Shown: positions 55,246 to 63,456, counted from the stretch's first letter. The stretch: DNA of 64,000 nt from Clostridia bacterium (GCA_017450945.1 JAFSSP010000031.1:27899-91898); one strand, 5' to 3'. Notes: generated by a model not told the origin, from the sequence alone. Program-made: numbers and translations.

Positions 55246-55303
55246 ACCACCACCGCCTTTGGAAAACTGTATGAAAAAGGAGAGATGTCCTATGATAAAG
55301 GCA

Positions 55304-55391
55304 GTGATGTGTTGCGCTTTGCGCAACGTGATGCACGGCAACACCGCGTGATGCGTGCTTTGCACGTGATGTTTCGCTTCGCGAAGTGAAA
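55304..55391. repeat. Mini-hairpin array punctuated by GTGATG
   Basis: GTGATG at 55304, 55328, 55348 and 55366 (with GTGAAA at 55386). Each is followed by a short palindrome such as GTTGCGC-TTT-GCGCAAC or CGTGC-TTT-GCACG. Confidence 0.6.
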
Positions 55392-55393
55392 AC

Positions 55394-55640
55394 AAAAACC
55401 GGGAGCTTTTGATAGCATCCCGGCGAGTGGAAAACTCCCTTTCGTGTCATCCTGAGCCTTGCCGAACTTTTTGGATGCCTCTTGTGTCATCCTGAGCTTG
55501 CCGAAATCCGGAGCGTAGCGGAGGATCAAACGAGCTTTGCGAGTTTGGGATCTACAAGAGGCAACCAAAAAGCGCAGGCAGGATCTCGCTGTAAGGCTGT
55601 GGAAAAGTTCGACACGCTTCGCGGCTCAGGATGACACGGC
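55394..55640. repeat. Composite palindromic repeat (GTCATCCTGAGC family), left of the LRR gene
   Basis: The outer arms GTGTCATCCTGAGCC.. and ..GGCTCAGGATGACAC are inverted. An inner 68-nt module (55486-55553) is bounded by GCCTCTTGT / ACAAGAGGC. Confidence 0.65.
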
Positions 55641-55670
55641 GGGGGTGGAACACACTTCGCGTCAGCGAAA

Positions 55671-55755
55671 CATCATACGGCAGGCAGGGCTTTCGCCCTG
55701 CCTGCCGTACATCATGTTGCAAAGCAACGCATCATGCCGCAACGCGGCGCATCAT
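55671..55755. repeat. Mini-hairpin array punctuated by CATCAT, including the LRR-gene terminator hairpin
   Basis: CATCAT at 55671, 55710, 55730 and 55750. Hairpins include ACGGCAGGCAGGGC-TTTC-GCCCTGCCTGCCGT (55677-55708), GTTGC-AAA-GCAAC and GCCGC-AAC-GCGGC. Confidence 0.6.
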
Positions 55756-57851
55756 TGCTTTTGGATGTCGCCATCGGTGCAGTGGATGACATAGTTGCCA
55801 GTCCAAAGGTTCCAGGAGCTACCTTTTTTGCTGATGGCATTCCACTGCTCCATGGTGCCGGTATAGGTGATGCTGGTCAGCGAGCTGCAATTGTAGAATG
55901 CATACACTCCAATGCTCGTGACGCTATCCGGGATCTCGATGCTGGTCAGCGAGCTGCAACCATAGAACGCATACCCTCCAATGCTCGTGACGCTGTCCGG
56001 GATCTCGATGCTCGTCAAGGAGTAGCAATTGGAGAACGCCTCATATCCAATGCTCGTGACGCTGTCCGGGATCTCGATGCTCGTCAAGGAGGCGCACCCG
56101 CCGAATGCTCCACCATAAATTACTTTTGTATCCGGGTGAATTTTGCAGGAGGCGACCCCAGTACTGTTTGCTTGAATCAATGCAACGTAAGGATTGTCTG
56201 CATTGCCGAGATATTTGGCTTTGCTGTAGGTGTTGTATTGCAAATTGCTGCAACCCTCGAACGCACCATTTCCAATGCTCGTGACGCTGTCAGGGATTGT
56301 AATGCTCGTCAGCGAGGTGCAATACTGGAACGCACACCATCCAATGCTCGTGACGCTGTCCGGGATCTCGATGCTGGTCAGCCGGCTGCAATAGTAGAAC
56401 GCATAGTTTCCAATGCTCGTGACGCTGTTCGGGATCTCGATGCTCGTCAGCGAGCTGCAATAGTAGAACGCATAGTTTCCAATGCTCATGACGCTATCCG
56501 GGATCTCGATGCTGGTCAAGGAGGAGCAAAAGGAGAACGCAAAATTTCCAATGCTCGTGACGCTGTCAGGGATCTCGATGCTGGTCAGTTTTTTGCAGTT
56601 ATAGAATGCATTCTCTCCAATGCTCGTGACGCTGTCCGGGATCGTGATGTTCTTGAGTGCGTAGCAGTCGTAGAATGCATAGCTTCCAATGCTCGTGACG
56701 CTGTCCGGAATCTCGATGCTGGTCAGCGAGCTGCAATAGGAGAACGCATAACTTCCAATGCTCGTGACGCTGTCCGGAATTTCAATGCTCGTGAGAGCAG
56801 TGCACTGGTAGAATGCGCGATCTCCAATGCTTTCCAGTCGGCTATTTTCAGCAAAGGTAATCCCCTGCAATTGGTTACAAGAATCAAATGCACCGCCTCC
56901 AATGCTCGTGACGCTGTTCGGAATTTCAACGCCGACAAAAGAAGTTCCTGCAAACGCAGCGTTGCCAATGCTTGTGACAAGCTCGCCCTCTGGGGAAACT
57001 CTCGGAATAATCACCGTATCATCGGTGCATTCGCCAATATCCGAAACATAGCAGGTGCCGTCACCGTTGGAGGTAAATTCAAGCCCTTGGCTGTAGTCAC
57101 TCGGCTCCGGGATCGGTTCCGGCTCTGCCTCCGTAGCGGTTGCCGTGTAGGTTTCGGCATGCGCCACGTCAATCGTCAAAACCGCCTCGGTTCCAACCAC
57201 GTCCCCGTCGGCATTCTCCCAATGGTTAAAATTCTCAACCGTCGCCGTGAGGGTTGCTTGTGAACCGGCAGGGTAAAGCCCACTCTTGGTGGCATCGGGA
57301 AGCACACCGCCGACGACCTTGATTTGATAATACTTGGCATTTGCGAGTTTGTCTGTATTGTACTCAAAATAGGTTTGCGCCGACGCGCCGTAGTTGAGCA
57401 TATTGGTGATGAGCTGTCCCAGGTCTGCATTGTTCTTTTTGTTGTAGCAGTACTGCAAAACGCTGTATTTATCCAATTCGCCGTAAGTGATCTCGTCACC
57501 GATTTTGATATAAGCCTTGGCATAAATATCCTGCGTCATCATCTTTGCCGATACGCCGGTGAAATAGTAGGCGTCGTAGCCATAATTATTTCCCGTGTAG
57601 ACCGGCAAAATCGCATACTGCGTGCCGTACTCATAGGATTCCCGTTGGCTCGTCCACACCAAAATGCCTTTTTCAGCCCCCACCGGGAGGTTTTCAAATT
57701 CGGCGTAATAGATGATGTAAATGTTGTCATTGAGAGACAGATTGTGACCCTCAATAGACGCGCTCGGCGCTTCGTCGGCTGTCGCAGTTATTGCAAACAG
57801 GCCGATCAAACATACCAGCGCCAAAACGAGTAAGGCAATGCGTTTTTTCAT
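55752..57851 (-). CDS. Secreted BspA-type leucine-rich-repeat protein
   Basis: Signal peptide (LFAITATADE), a ~250-aa N-terminal domain, a Glu/Pro linker, about 15 LRR_5 units (SIEIPDSVTSIGxYAFxxCSSLT) and the cap YVIHCTDGD. No wall-anchor motif. Confidence 0.85.
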   Translation of the reverse strand: MKKRIALLVLALVCLIGLFAITATADEAPSASIEGHNLSLNDNIYIIYYAEFENLPVGAEKGILVWTSQRESYEYGTQYAILPVYTGNNYGYDAYYFTGVSAKMMTQDIYAKAYIKIGDEITYGELDKYSVLQYCYNKKNNADLGQLITNMLNYGASAQTYFEYNTDKLANAKYYQIKVVGGVLPDATKSGLYPAGSQATLTATVENFNHWENADGDVVGTEAVLTIDVAHAETYTATATEAEPEPIPEPSDYSQGLEFTSNGDGTCYVSDIGECTDDTVIIPRVSPEGELVTSIGNAAFAGTSFVGVEIPNSVTSIGGGAFDSCNQLQGITFAENSRLESIGDRAFYQCTALTSIEIPDSVTSIGSYAFSYCSSLTSIEIPDSVTSIGSYAFYDCYALKNITIPDSVTSIGENAFYNCKKLTSIEIPDSVTSIGNFAFSFCSSLTSIEIPDSVMSIGNYAFYYCSSLTSIEIPNSVTSIGNYAFYYCSRLTSIEIPDSVTSIGWCAFQYCTSLTSITIPDSVTSIGNGAFEGCSNLQYNTYSKAKYLGNADNPYVALIQANSTGVASCKIHPDTKVIYGGAFGGCASLTSIEIPDSVTSIGYEAFSNCYSLTSIEIPDSVTSIGGYAFYGCSSLTSIEIPDSVTSIGVYAFYNCSSLTSITYTGTMEQWNAISKKGSSWNLWTGNYVIHCTDGDIQKQ
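55866..57014 (-). repeat. Intragenic tandem repeats of ~66-69 bp (LRR units)
   Basis: The DNA block CCAATGCTCGTGACGCTGTCCGGGATCTCGATGCTGGTCAG recurs with few changes throughout. Confidence 0.8.
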
Positions 57852-57888
57852 GATTTTCCTCCAACAGAATTTTTAACAAAGATAATTT

Positions 57889-57917
57889 ATTATAGCATGT
57901 CACCCGGGTTTTGTAAA
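57889..57917 (-). promoter_or_regulatory. Promoter of the LRR gene
   Basis: On the minus strand: TTTACA (57917-57912), 17 nt, TATAAT (57894-57889). Confidence 0.5.
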
Positions 57918-57987
57918 GCCTTTTGAAAAGCAAAACCCGGGAGCCTTTGCATGCATCCCGGCGAAAAATAAAACTGCGGTTTTTGCC

Positions 57988-58137
57988 AGCCTTCCCCCTT
58001 GAGGGGAAGGGGGACCGCTTTAGCGGTGGATGAGGGTATCCAAGGGAAACTCACTATAAAAAAAGAAAAGTAATTTTGCCTCCAAACCCTCATCCGTCTC
58101 GGCAAGCCGAGCCACCTTCCCCTCAAGGGGGAAGGCT
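57988..58137. repeat. MITE-like 150-bp element with ~50-bp terminal inverted repeats
   Basis: The arms (57988-58037 and 58086-58137) share AGCCTTCCCCCTTGAGGGGAAGG...ATGAGGGT in inverted orientation around a 48-bp AT-rich core. Confidence 0.55.
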
Positions 58138-58158
58138 AACGGAACCGCGCTTCACAGC

Positions 58159-58335
58159 AAAAACCGGGAGCTTTGGAACATCCCGGCGGCTGAAAACTCC
58201 CTTTCGTGTCATCCTGAGCGTATCCGAACTTTTCCCACCGCCTCTTGTAGATCCCGAACGAGCATAGCTCGTTTGATCCTTCGCTTCGCTCCGGATTTCG
58301 GCAAGCTCAGGATGACACAAGCGGTGGTGGGAAAA
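58159..58335. repeat. Composite palindromic repeat (GTCATCCTGAGC family), right of the LRR gene
   Basis: The first ~90 nt are collinear with 55394-55485. The 68-nt module at 58249-58316 is the reverse complement of 55486-55553 (62 of 68 identical by hand alignment). Confidence 0.65.
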
Positions 58336-58410
58336 GCGCCGCGCCGGGCGCGGCGGGATCTCGAAAGGGACGGCGAGAATCGTTTTTGGTCAAAGTTTTT
58401 GAAAAAGGGT

Positions 58411-58447
58411 GCGGGAAAGAACTTTTTTTCAAAAAGTTCTTTCCCGC
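58411..58447 (-). repeat. Solo copy of the conserved terminator-like hairpin (after coaW)
   Basis: GCGGGAAAGAACTTTTT...AAAAAGTTCTTTCCCGC, 11 nt after the stop, with the tail ACCCTTTTTCAAAAAC on the minus strand. Confidence 0.7.
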
Positions 58448-58458
58448 ATATTCCCTTC

Positions 58459-59313
58459 TTATTCAACTACCCTCTCGTTCAGTGCGGCGCCGATGCCGGT
58501 GCCAAAACGGGCGTTCTCGGGGACGATGAAGTGGATCCCGAAGGTCTTGGAGAAGTTGAGAAAGGCCTCCTTGACCACGCCGATGGAGGAGAGGTTGCCG
58601 ACGAGCACGACGCTCTCAAGATCAAATCGCTTTGCCGCAAAAAGGGCGAGCATGGCGATCGTTTCGGTCACAAGGTTGGCCACGCCGAGTGCCAGATCGG
58701 CGGGGGTTGCGAGATCCGAGAGTTTGCCGAAGTTTGCGGCGGTCAGGTTCTCGTTCATGCCGCTGTAGTTGCCGCGCTTGGAGATATCCTTGATGCGCAG
58801 ATCCACGTTGGAGAGGTCGCCCTCGGCGTAAAGCTGCTCTAAGTGTTTGATATTATCCACGCCGGCGAGCTTTTTGGAAAGTCCCAGAAGTGTGCCACCG
58901 CCAACGCCTGTGCCGCCGAGGTACTCGACCGCATAGCCGTCCGCGCCTTTTTTTGCGTGCACGAGCGCGGTTCCGGTGCCCATGCTGACCACAATGGCCT
59001 CATCCAGCCCCGAAAGATAGAGGCCGCCGATGCCGATGCTGGAGAATTCGGGAACCAGCGTGGTGGAAAGATCGTAAATTTTGTTGCCGACGAGCGTCGA
59101 GCCCACGCCGGTCATCATCACCTGGTCGATGTCCGAGAGCCCGAGTCCGTGCTCCGAGGTGAATTTGCCGAGCGCGCCATAGACCGAGGTGACCGGGTCG
59201 GCCGCCTGCACGAGCTTGGGCGAGAGCATGGTCTGCTTTCCGTTCTCGTTCCGAAAGCCCACGATTTTGGTGGTGGTGCCGCCCACGTCGATCCCGATGA
59301 TCGTTTTGTTCAT
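58459..59313 (-). CDS. coaW: Type II pantothenate kinase
   Basis: GIDVGGTTTKIV ATPase phosphate-1 motif, MGTGTA, GGTGVGGGT and LTAANFG, collinear with staphylococcal CoaW. Confidence 0.8.
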   Translation of the reverse strand: MNKTIIGIDVGGTTTKIVGFRNENGKQTMLSPKLVQAADPVTSVYGALGKFTSEHGLGLSDIDQVMMTGVGSTLVGNKIYDLSTTLVPEFSSIGIGGLYLSGLDEAIVVSMGTGTALVHAKKGADGYAVEYLGGTGVGGGTLLGLSKKLAGVDNIKHLEQLYAEGDLSNVDLRIKDISKRGNYSGMNENLTAANFGKLSDLATPADLALGVANLVTETIAMLALFAAKRFDLESVVLVGNLSSIGVVKEAFLNFSKTFGIHFIVPENARFGTGIGAALNERVVE

Positions 59314-59422
59314 AAGAAGTCTTCCCTTCTTTTTTGTTTATTGAAAATATTGTAGCACAAGCTTGTAAAAAAATCAAGTCCGTGTTATACTGGTGGAAGA
59401 AAAACGGCGAAAGGAGAAAACC

Positions 59423-61189
59423 ATGGCTTTTGATTCGGGAATGCTGGCCGCCTCTCTTGCAGAGATCAAAGAGAACTGCCTATCCTATCGCGTGGAAAAA
59501 GTGTTTATGCCCGAGCGCGACCAGGTGATCCTCTCCTTTCGTGCAAAAGAGGGCGCAAAGCGTCTGCTCCTCCACGCGGGCTCGGCTCCAAGACTCGGGC
59601 TGACCGAAGAGGCGCGCGAGAACCCCGCCAAGCCGCCGATGCTCTGCATGTTCTTGCGCAAACACTTTACCGGAGCCAAGCTGGTGGCGATCGAGCAACC
59701 CGACTTTGAGCGAGTCGCGGTATTTACCTTTGACGGCCACGACGAAATGGGCTTTGAGTGCCGCCGCAAAATCTATGCCGAGCTGATGGGCAAATACAGC
59801 AACCTGGTGATCACCGACGGCGAGGACAAAATTTTGAGTCTGCTCCGCACGGTGGACTTTTCCACCTCGGCTTTGCGCCAACTGCTCCCCGGAATGCGTT
59901 ACGAACTTCCGCCGGCGCAGGAAAACCGCGAAAATCCGCTCCTCTGCGACAAGGATGCCGTTTTGCGCCGACTGAATGAATCCGATCCGGAGACCTCCGC
60001 AACCAAAGCACTCTCCAGAGCCTTTCGAGGGGTATCCGATCTTGTGGCAAGAGAGGTCGTCTTCCGCGTAAGCGGAAAGATCGACCCGCCGCTCTCGGAT
60101 TGCCCGAAAGAAGAATTGGCAGAAGCCTTTGCAAATCTGTACGCCGACGTCAAAAACGGAATCTTCACTCCCACGATGGCACTTCTCGGCGGCGAGCCGG
60201 TCGGCTACGCGTTCTGTACCCTCTCGCACTTTGGGAAGGACGCGGAATACCGCCCCTATGCGAGCGCCGGGAAGATGCTTGACGAGGTTTTTCACCTGCG
60301 TGAGCGTCAACAGTACCTCCGCGAGCGGGCGCAGGATCTCCTCAGAATGCTCTCGGCAACGCAGAACCGGATCCAGAAGAAGATCGCGCTCCAGGAGGGC
60401 GAGCTTGCCGACTGCGAAACCGGAGAAAAATGGAAGACCTACGCCGATCTTATCACCGCAAACCTCTATCGCTTAAAACCGGGGCTCTCGGAAATCGAGC
60501 TTCCCAATTACGAAAAGCCGCTCGAGAACGGCGAATACGAAATGTTGACCGTCCCGATGGATCGCCGTCTTTCGCCCGCCGCCAACGCCCAGCGCTACTA
60601 TAAAAAATATGCAAAAACCAAGACTGCGCGCGTGGAGCTGACCAAACAGATCGCGCTCGGCCGCGAGGAGCTTGCCTATCTTGCCACGGTCGAGGAGGCA
60701 CTCGCAAGGGCCGAAAGCTCGAAAGAACTCGGCGAAATTCGTGAAGAACTCGGCCGTGCCGGATATTTTTCCTTGCAAAAGGCGGCATCTTCCCAGAAAA
60801 AGGCACCGCTCCCCACTCCCGCCGAGTTTCGCACATCAGAAGGCTATCGCGTGCTCTGCGGCAGAAACAACCTGCAAAATGAGTACCTGACACACAAGCT
60901 GGCAGAAAAGAGCGACTACTGGTTCCACGCAAAAGGGATCCCCGGCTCGCACGTCGTTCTCTTTGCGGACGGAACCGAACCGGACGAAAAAACCTTCACA
61001 GAGGCGGCAGAGATCGCCGCACTCTATTCGGCCGCAAGCGGTGCGCCGCATACCGAGGTCGATTATACCCTTGTGAAAAATATCAAAAAGCCGACCGGAG
61101 CCAAGCCCGGCTACGTCATCTATCACCAGAACTGGTCCTGCACCGTCTCGCCCTCGCGCGAAGAGGTGGAGAAGAAGCGGGGGAAATAA
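59423..61189 (+). CDS. rqcH: Ribosome quality-control protein RqcH (NFACT / FbpA family)
   Basis: NFACT-N start MAFDSGMLAASLAEIKE, central coiled coil and an NFACT-R C-terminus (DYWFHAKGIPGSHVVL). RBS AAAGGAGAAAA. Confidence 0.85.
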   Translation: MAFDSGMLAASLAEIKENCLSYRVEKVFMPERDQVILSFRAKEGAKRLLLHAGSAPRLGLTEEARENPAKPPMLCMFLRKHFTGAKLVAIEQPDFERVAVFTFDGHDEMGFECRRKIYAELMGKYSNLVITDGEDKILSLLRTVDFSTSALRQLLPGMRYELPPAQENRENPLLCDKDAVLRRLNESDPETSATKALSRAFRGVSDLVAREVVFRVSGKIDPPLSDCPKEELAEAFANLYADVKNGIFTPTMALLGGEPVGYAFCTLSHFGKDAEYRPYASAGKMLDEVFHLRERQQYLRERAQDLLRMLSATQNRIQKKIALQEGELADCETGEKWKTYADLITANLYRLKPGLSEIELPNYEKPLENGEYEMLTVPMDRRLSPAANAQRYYKKYAKTKTARVELTKQIALGREELAYLATVEEALARAESSKELGEIREELGRAGYFSLQKAASSQKKAPLPTPAEFRTSEGYRVLCGRNNLQNEYLTHKLAEKSDYWFHAKGIPGSHVVLFADGTEPDEKTFTEAAEIAALYSAASGAPHTEVDYTLVKNIKKPTGAKPGYVIYHQNWSCTVSPSREEVEKKRGK

Positions 61190-61195
61190 GGATTT

Positions 61196-61359
61196 GCGGG
61201 GGAACCACTTTTTTGAAAAAAAGAGGTCCCCCGCACCCCTTCCAGAAAAAACTTTCACAAAAAAAATAACGCCCACTTTCCGGCGTGCGTTCAAAAACTT
61301 GTTATAAAGGTTTTTGAAGAGGGTGCGGGAGGAACTTTTCTCTAAAAAGTTCCTCCCGC
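61196..61359. repeat. Composite two-hairpin terminator-like element (copy 3)
   Basis: Hairpins at 61196-61234 and 61325-61359, between the convergent rqcH and rsmI genes. Confidence 0.7.
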
Positions 61360-61369
61360 ATCTTCTCTT

Positions 61370-62236
61370 CTAAATCATTTCTTTATACACATCATTCTTG
61401 GGCAGTCCGCGTTCTTTGGCGACCTTTTTGACTGCCTCCATTTTGGGAAGTCCCGAGGCCATATAAAGCTCCACCTGTTCTTTGGGAGTGTTGTCCCAGG
61501 CGGTGGCTTTTTCTCGTTTTTCGGCGCCCTCGACGACCAGAACGTACTCGCCGCGAGGGTCTGTCGATTCATAATGGGCGATCGCCTCACCAAAGGTGGT
61601 GCGCAAAACCTCTTCGTTTTTCTTGGTCAGCTCGCGGCAAAGGGCAATTTTGCGTCCCTCCCCAAAGGCTTTGGCAAGGTCGGAAAGGGTTGCGCGCAGT
61701 TTGTGCGGCGCTTCGTGGAAGAGAATGGTGCGCTCCTCGGTTTTGAGCGCTTCCAGGCGTTCTTTTCGCTCGGCCTTTTGCATGGGAAGAAAGCCCTCGA
61801 AGACGAAACGTCCGGTGGGGAGCGCCGAAAGGATGAGCGCATTGATCGCGGCAACCGGGCCGGGGATCGACGTGACCGGAAGTCCCGCCTCGGCGCACAA
61901 ACGAACAAGATCTTCCCCGGGATCGCTGACGCCGGGGGTGCCGGCATCGGTGACGAGCGCGCAGGATTCGCCTGCTACAAGGCGGGATACGATCTCGGGG
62001 CCGCGCTCCTTTTTGTTGTGTTCAAAATAGGAGACAAGCGGCTTGGAAATGCCGAAATGCGTGAGCAGTCCCAACGTGTTGCGCGTATCCTCGGCGGCGA
62101 CAAAATCGACGTCCGAGAGCACCTTGATCGCGCGCTCGGAAAGATCCGACAAATTACCGATGGGCGTTGCGACCAGGTAGAGCGTTCCCTGCTCTACCCT
62201 ATTTTTTTCTTCGGGAGCGATCGCTTGTTTTTTCAA
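61370..62236 (-). CDS. rsmI: 16S rRNA (cytidine1402-2'-O)-methyltransferase
   Basis: LYLVATPIGNLSDLSERA...AAEDTR tetrapyrrole-methylase-fold motifs typical of RsmI. Confidence 0.88.
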   Translation of the reverse strand: MKKQAIAPEEKNRVEQGTLYLVATPIGNLSDLSERAIKVLSDVDFVAAEDTRNTLGLLTHFGISKPLVSYFEHNKKERGPEIVSRLVAGESCALVTDAGTPGVSDPGEDLVRLCAEAGLPVTSIPGPVAAINALILSALPTGRFVFEGFLPMQKAERKERLEALKTEERTILFHEAPHKLRATLSDLAKAFGEGRKIALCRELTKKNEEVLRTTFGEAIAHYESTDPRGEYVLVVEGAEKREKATAWDNTPKEQVELYMASGLPKMEAVKKVAKERGLPKNDVYKEMI

Positions 62237-62293
62237 GCCGAACCACCTCTCTTTTCATATACTGCCAATAGAACAAAAAAAGGAGTTTTACCA

Positions 62294-62857
62294 ATGGCAA
62301 TCAAAATTTATATCGACCAGGGCCACAATCCGGAAAATCCGAACGCCGGGGCCGAAGGAAACGGCCTGCGCGAACAGGATATCACCTATGCCGTAGGTCA
62401 AGAGCTTGCCGCGCTTTTGCGTGGGGACGGCAATTTTGAAGTCCGGCTGTCAAGACCGACGCCCGCGACCTCGCTCGGCAACAGCAACACCACAAGCCTC
62501 AGAGCCAGAACGACCGACGCAAACGAATGGGGCGCCGACTATTTTATCAGCATCCACACCAACGCCTCGGAAAATCCGGCGGCATCCGGCAGTGAAGCCT
62601 TTGCCTACAGCCGACAGTCCGAGGGATTCTATCTTGGCGAGGACATTTTGATCGGGCTTGCCGACGTCACAGGCCTTCGCAACCGCGGAATGCAGGTGCG
62701 CCCGGGCCTTTACGTCCTCAAAAAAACGAGCATGCCGGCAGTGCTGGTCGAGATCGGGTTTATCACCAACCGCGGCGACGCAAGTCTCATGAATACCCGC
62801 CCCGGCCTCTTTGCCGAAGGGATCTATCGGGGAATTTTGAAATACTTCAATTTGTAA
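62294..62857 (+). CDS. N-acetylmuramoyl-L-alanine amidase (Amidase_3), no signal peptide
   Basis: IYIDQGHN...E...SIHTNA zinc-ligand pattern and VLVEIGFITN. ATG at 62294 after AAGGAG. The long upstream part of the ORF is antisense to rsmI. Confidence 0.8.
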   Translation: MAIKIYIDQGHNPENPNAGAEGNGLREQDITYAVGQELAALLRGDGNFEVRLSRPTPATSLGNSNTTSLRARTTDANEWGADYFISIHTNASENPAASGSEAFAYSRQSEGFYLGEDILIGLADVTGLRNRGMQVRPGLYVLKKTSMPAVLVEIGFITNRGDASLMNTRPGLFAEGIYRGILKYFNL

Positions 62858-63452
62858 GAAGCGGAAGCAGACGACTTTTCAGTTCTTCGGCGTCGCCGAA
62901 AAATTGCAGGGCGTTCAAGCCAAAAGCCTTGGCCGCTTCTACGTTGGCACAAAGGTCGTCGATGAAGACGCACTCGGCCGGATCCAGATCATAGGTTTTG
63001 CACAGATATTCAAAAATCTCTTTTGACGGTTTGATATACCCCACGTCGGCCGAAAAGACGCAACCGTCAAAGTGAGACAGGATCGGAAACTCGTCCTTCT
63101 TTTCGATGAAGGTTTTTCCGATGTTGGAGAGCAGATAGAGCTTCTTCCCTCTCCCACGCAGTTCGACCAAAAGTTCTTCCATGCCCGAAATCGGGGGAAT
63201 ATGATAGATCCATGTATGCACAATGTCAGCGGCAACCTTGTGCAAATGCGCGGGGAGGTCGGCACAGACCGAGGCGATCATCTCGTCGTTCGTGATCTTC
63301 CCTGCATCCTGCCTGTCCCAGTATTTGCGATCAAAGACGACCTGCTCGAGTAGTCTGCGGTCGGCTTCGTCCCAAACGTAAGCCGAAGCGATGTCGTAGG
63401 GTACGAATTGGATGAGCACCTGACCAAAATCGAAAACGATATTCTTTACCAT
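62847..63452 (-). CDS. HAD-superfamily hydrolase
   Basis: Motif I IVFDFGQV, motif II LLSN and motif IV FIDD. Start MVKNIVF at 63452. Confidence 0.8.
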   Translation of the reverse strand: MVKNIVFDFGQVLIQFVPYDIASAYVWDEADRRLLEQVVFDRKYWDRQDAGKITNDEMIASVCADLPAHLHKVAADIVHTWIYHIPPISGMEELLVELRGRGKKLYLLSNIGKTFIEKKDEFPILSHFDGCVFSADVGYIKPSKEIFEYLCKTYDLDPAECVFIDDLCANVEAAKAFGLNALQFFGDAEELKSRLLPLLTN

Positions 63453-63456
63453 GCCG

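Noticed and set aside
55304-55391. Possible CRISPR array (regularly spaced short repeats)
   Set aside because: The period is only 18-24 nt. The constant part is a 6-mer and the variable parts are self-complementary hairpins rather than unique spacers. No cas genes or leader are present.
55734-57263. 509-aa plus-strand ORF with a striking internal repeat (SNARDAVRDLDA...)
   Set aside because: It is the antisense reading of the LRR tandem repeats. The minus-strand product has a signal peptide, canonical LRR_5 units, a promoter and a terminator.
57890-58466. Small ORFs in the repeat-rich spacer (78, 65, 63 and 85 aa), and similar ORFs at 55290-55568 and 54398-55187
   Set aside because: They are translations of the palindromic repeat families or alternative frames of the M50 gene. 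They read on both strands, lack RBSs and have Arg/Pro/Gly-rich repeat-derived composition.
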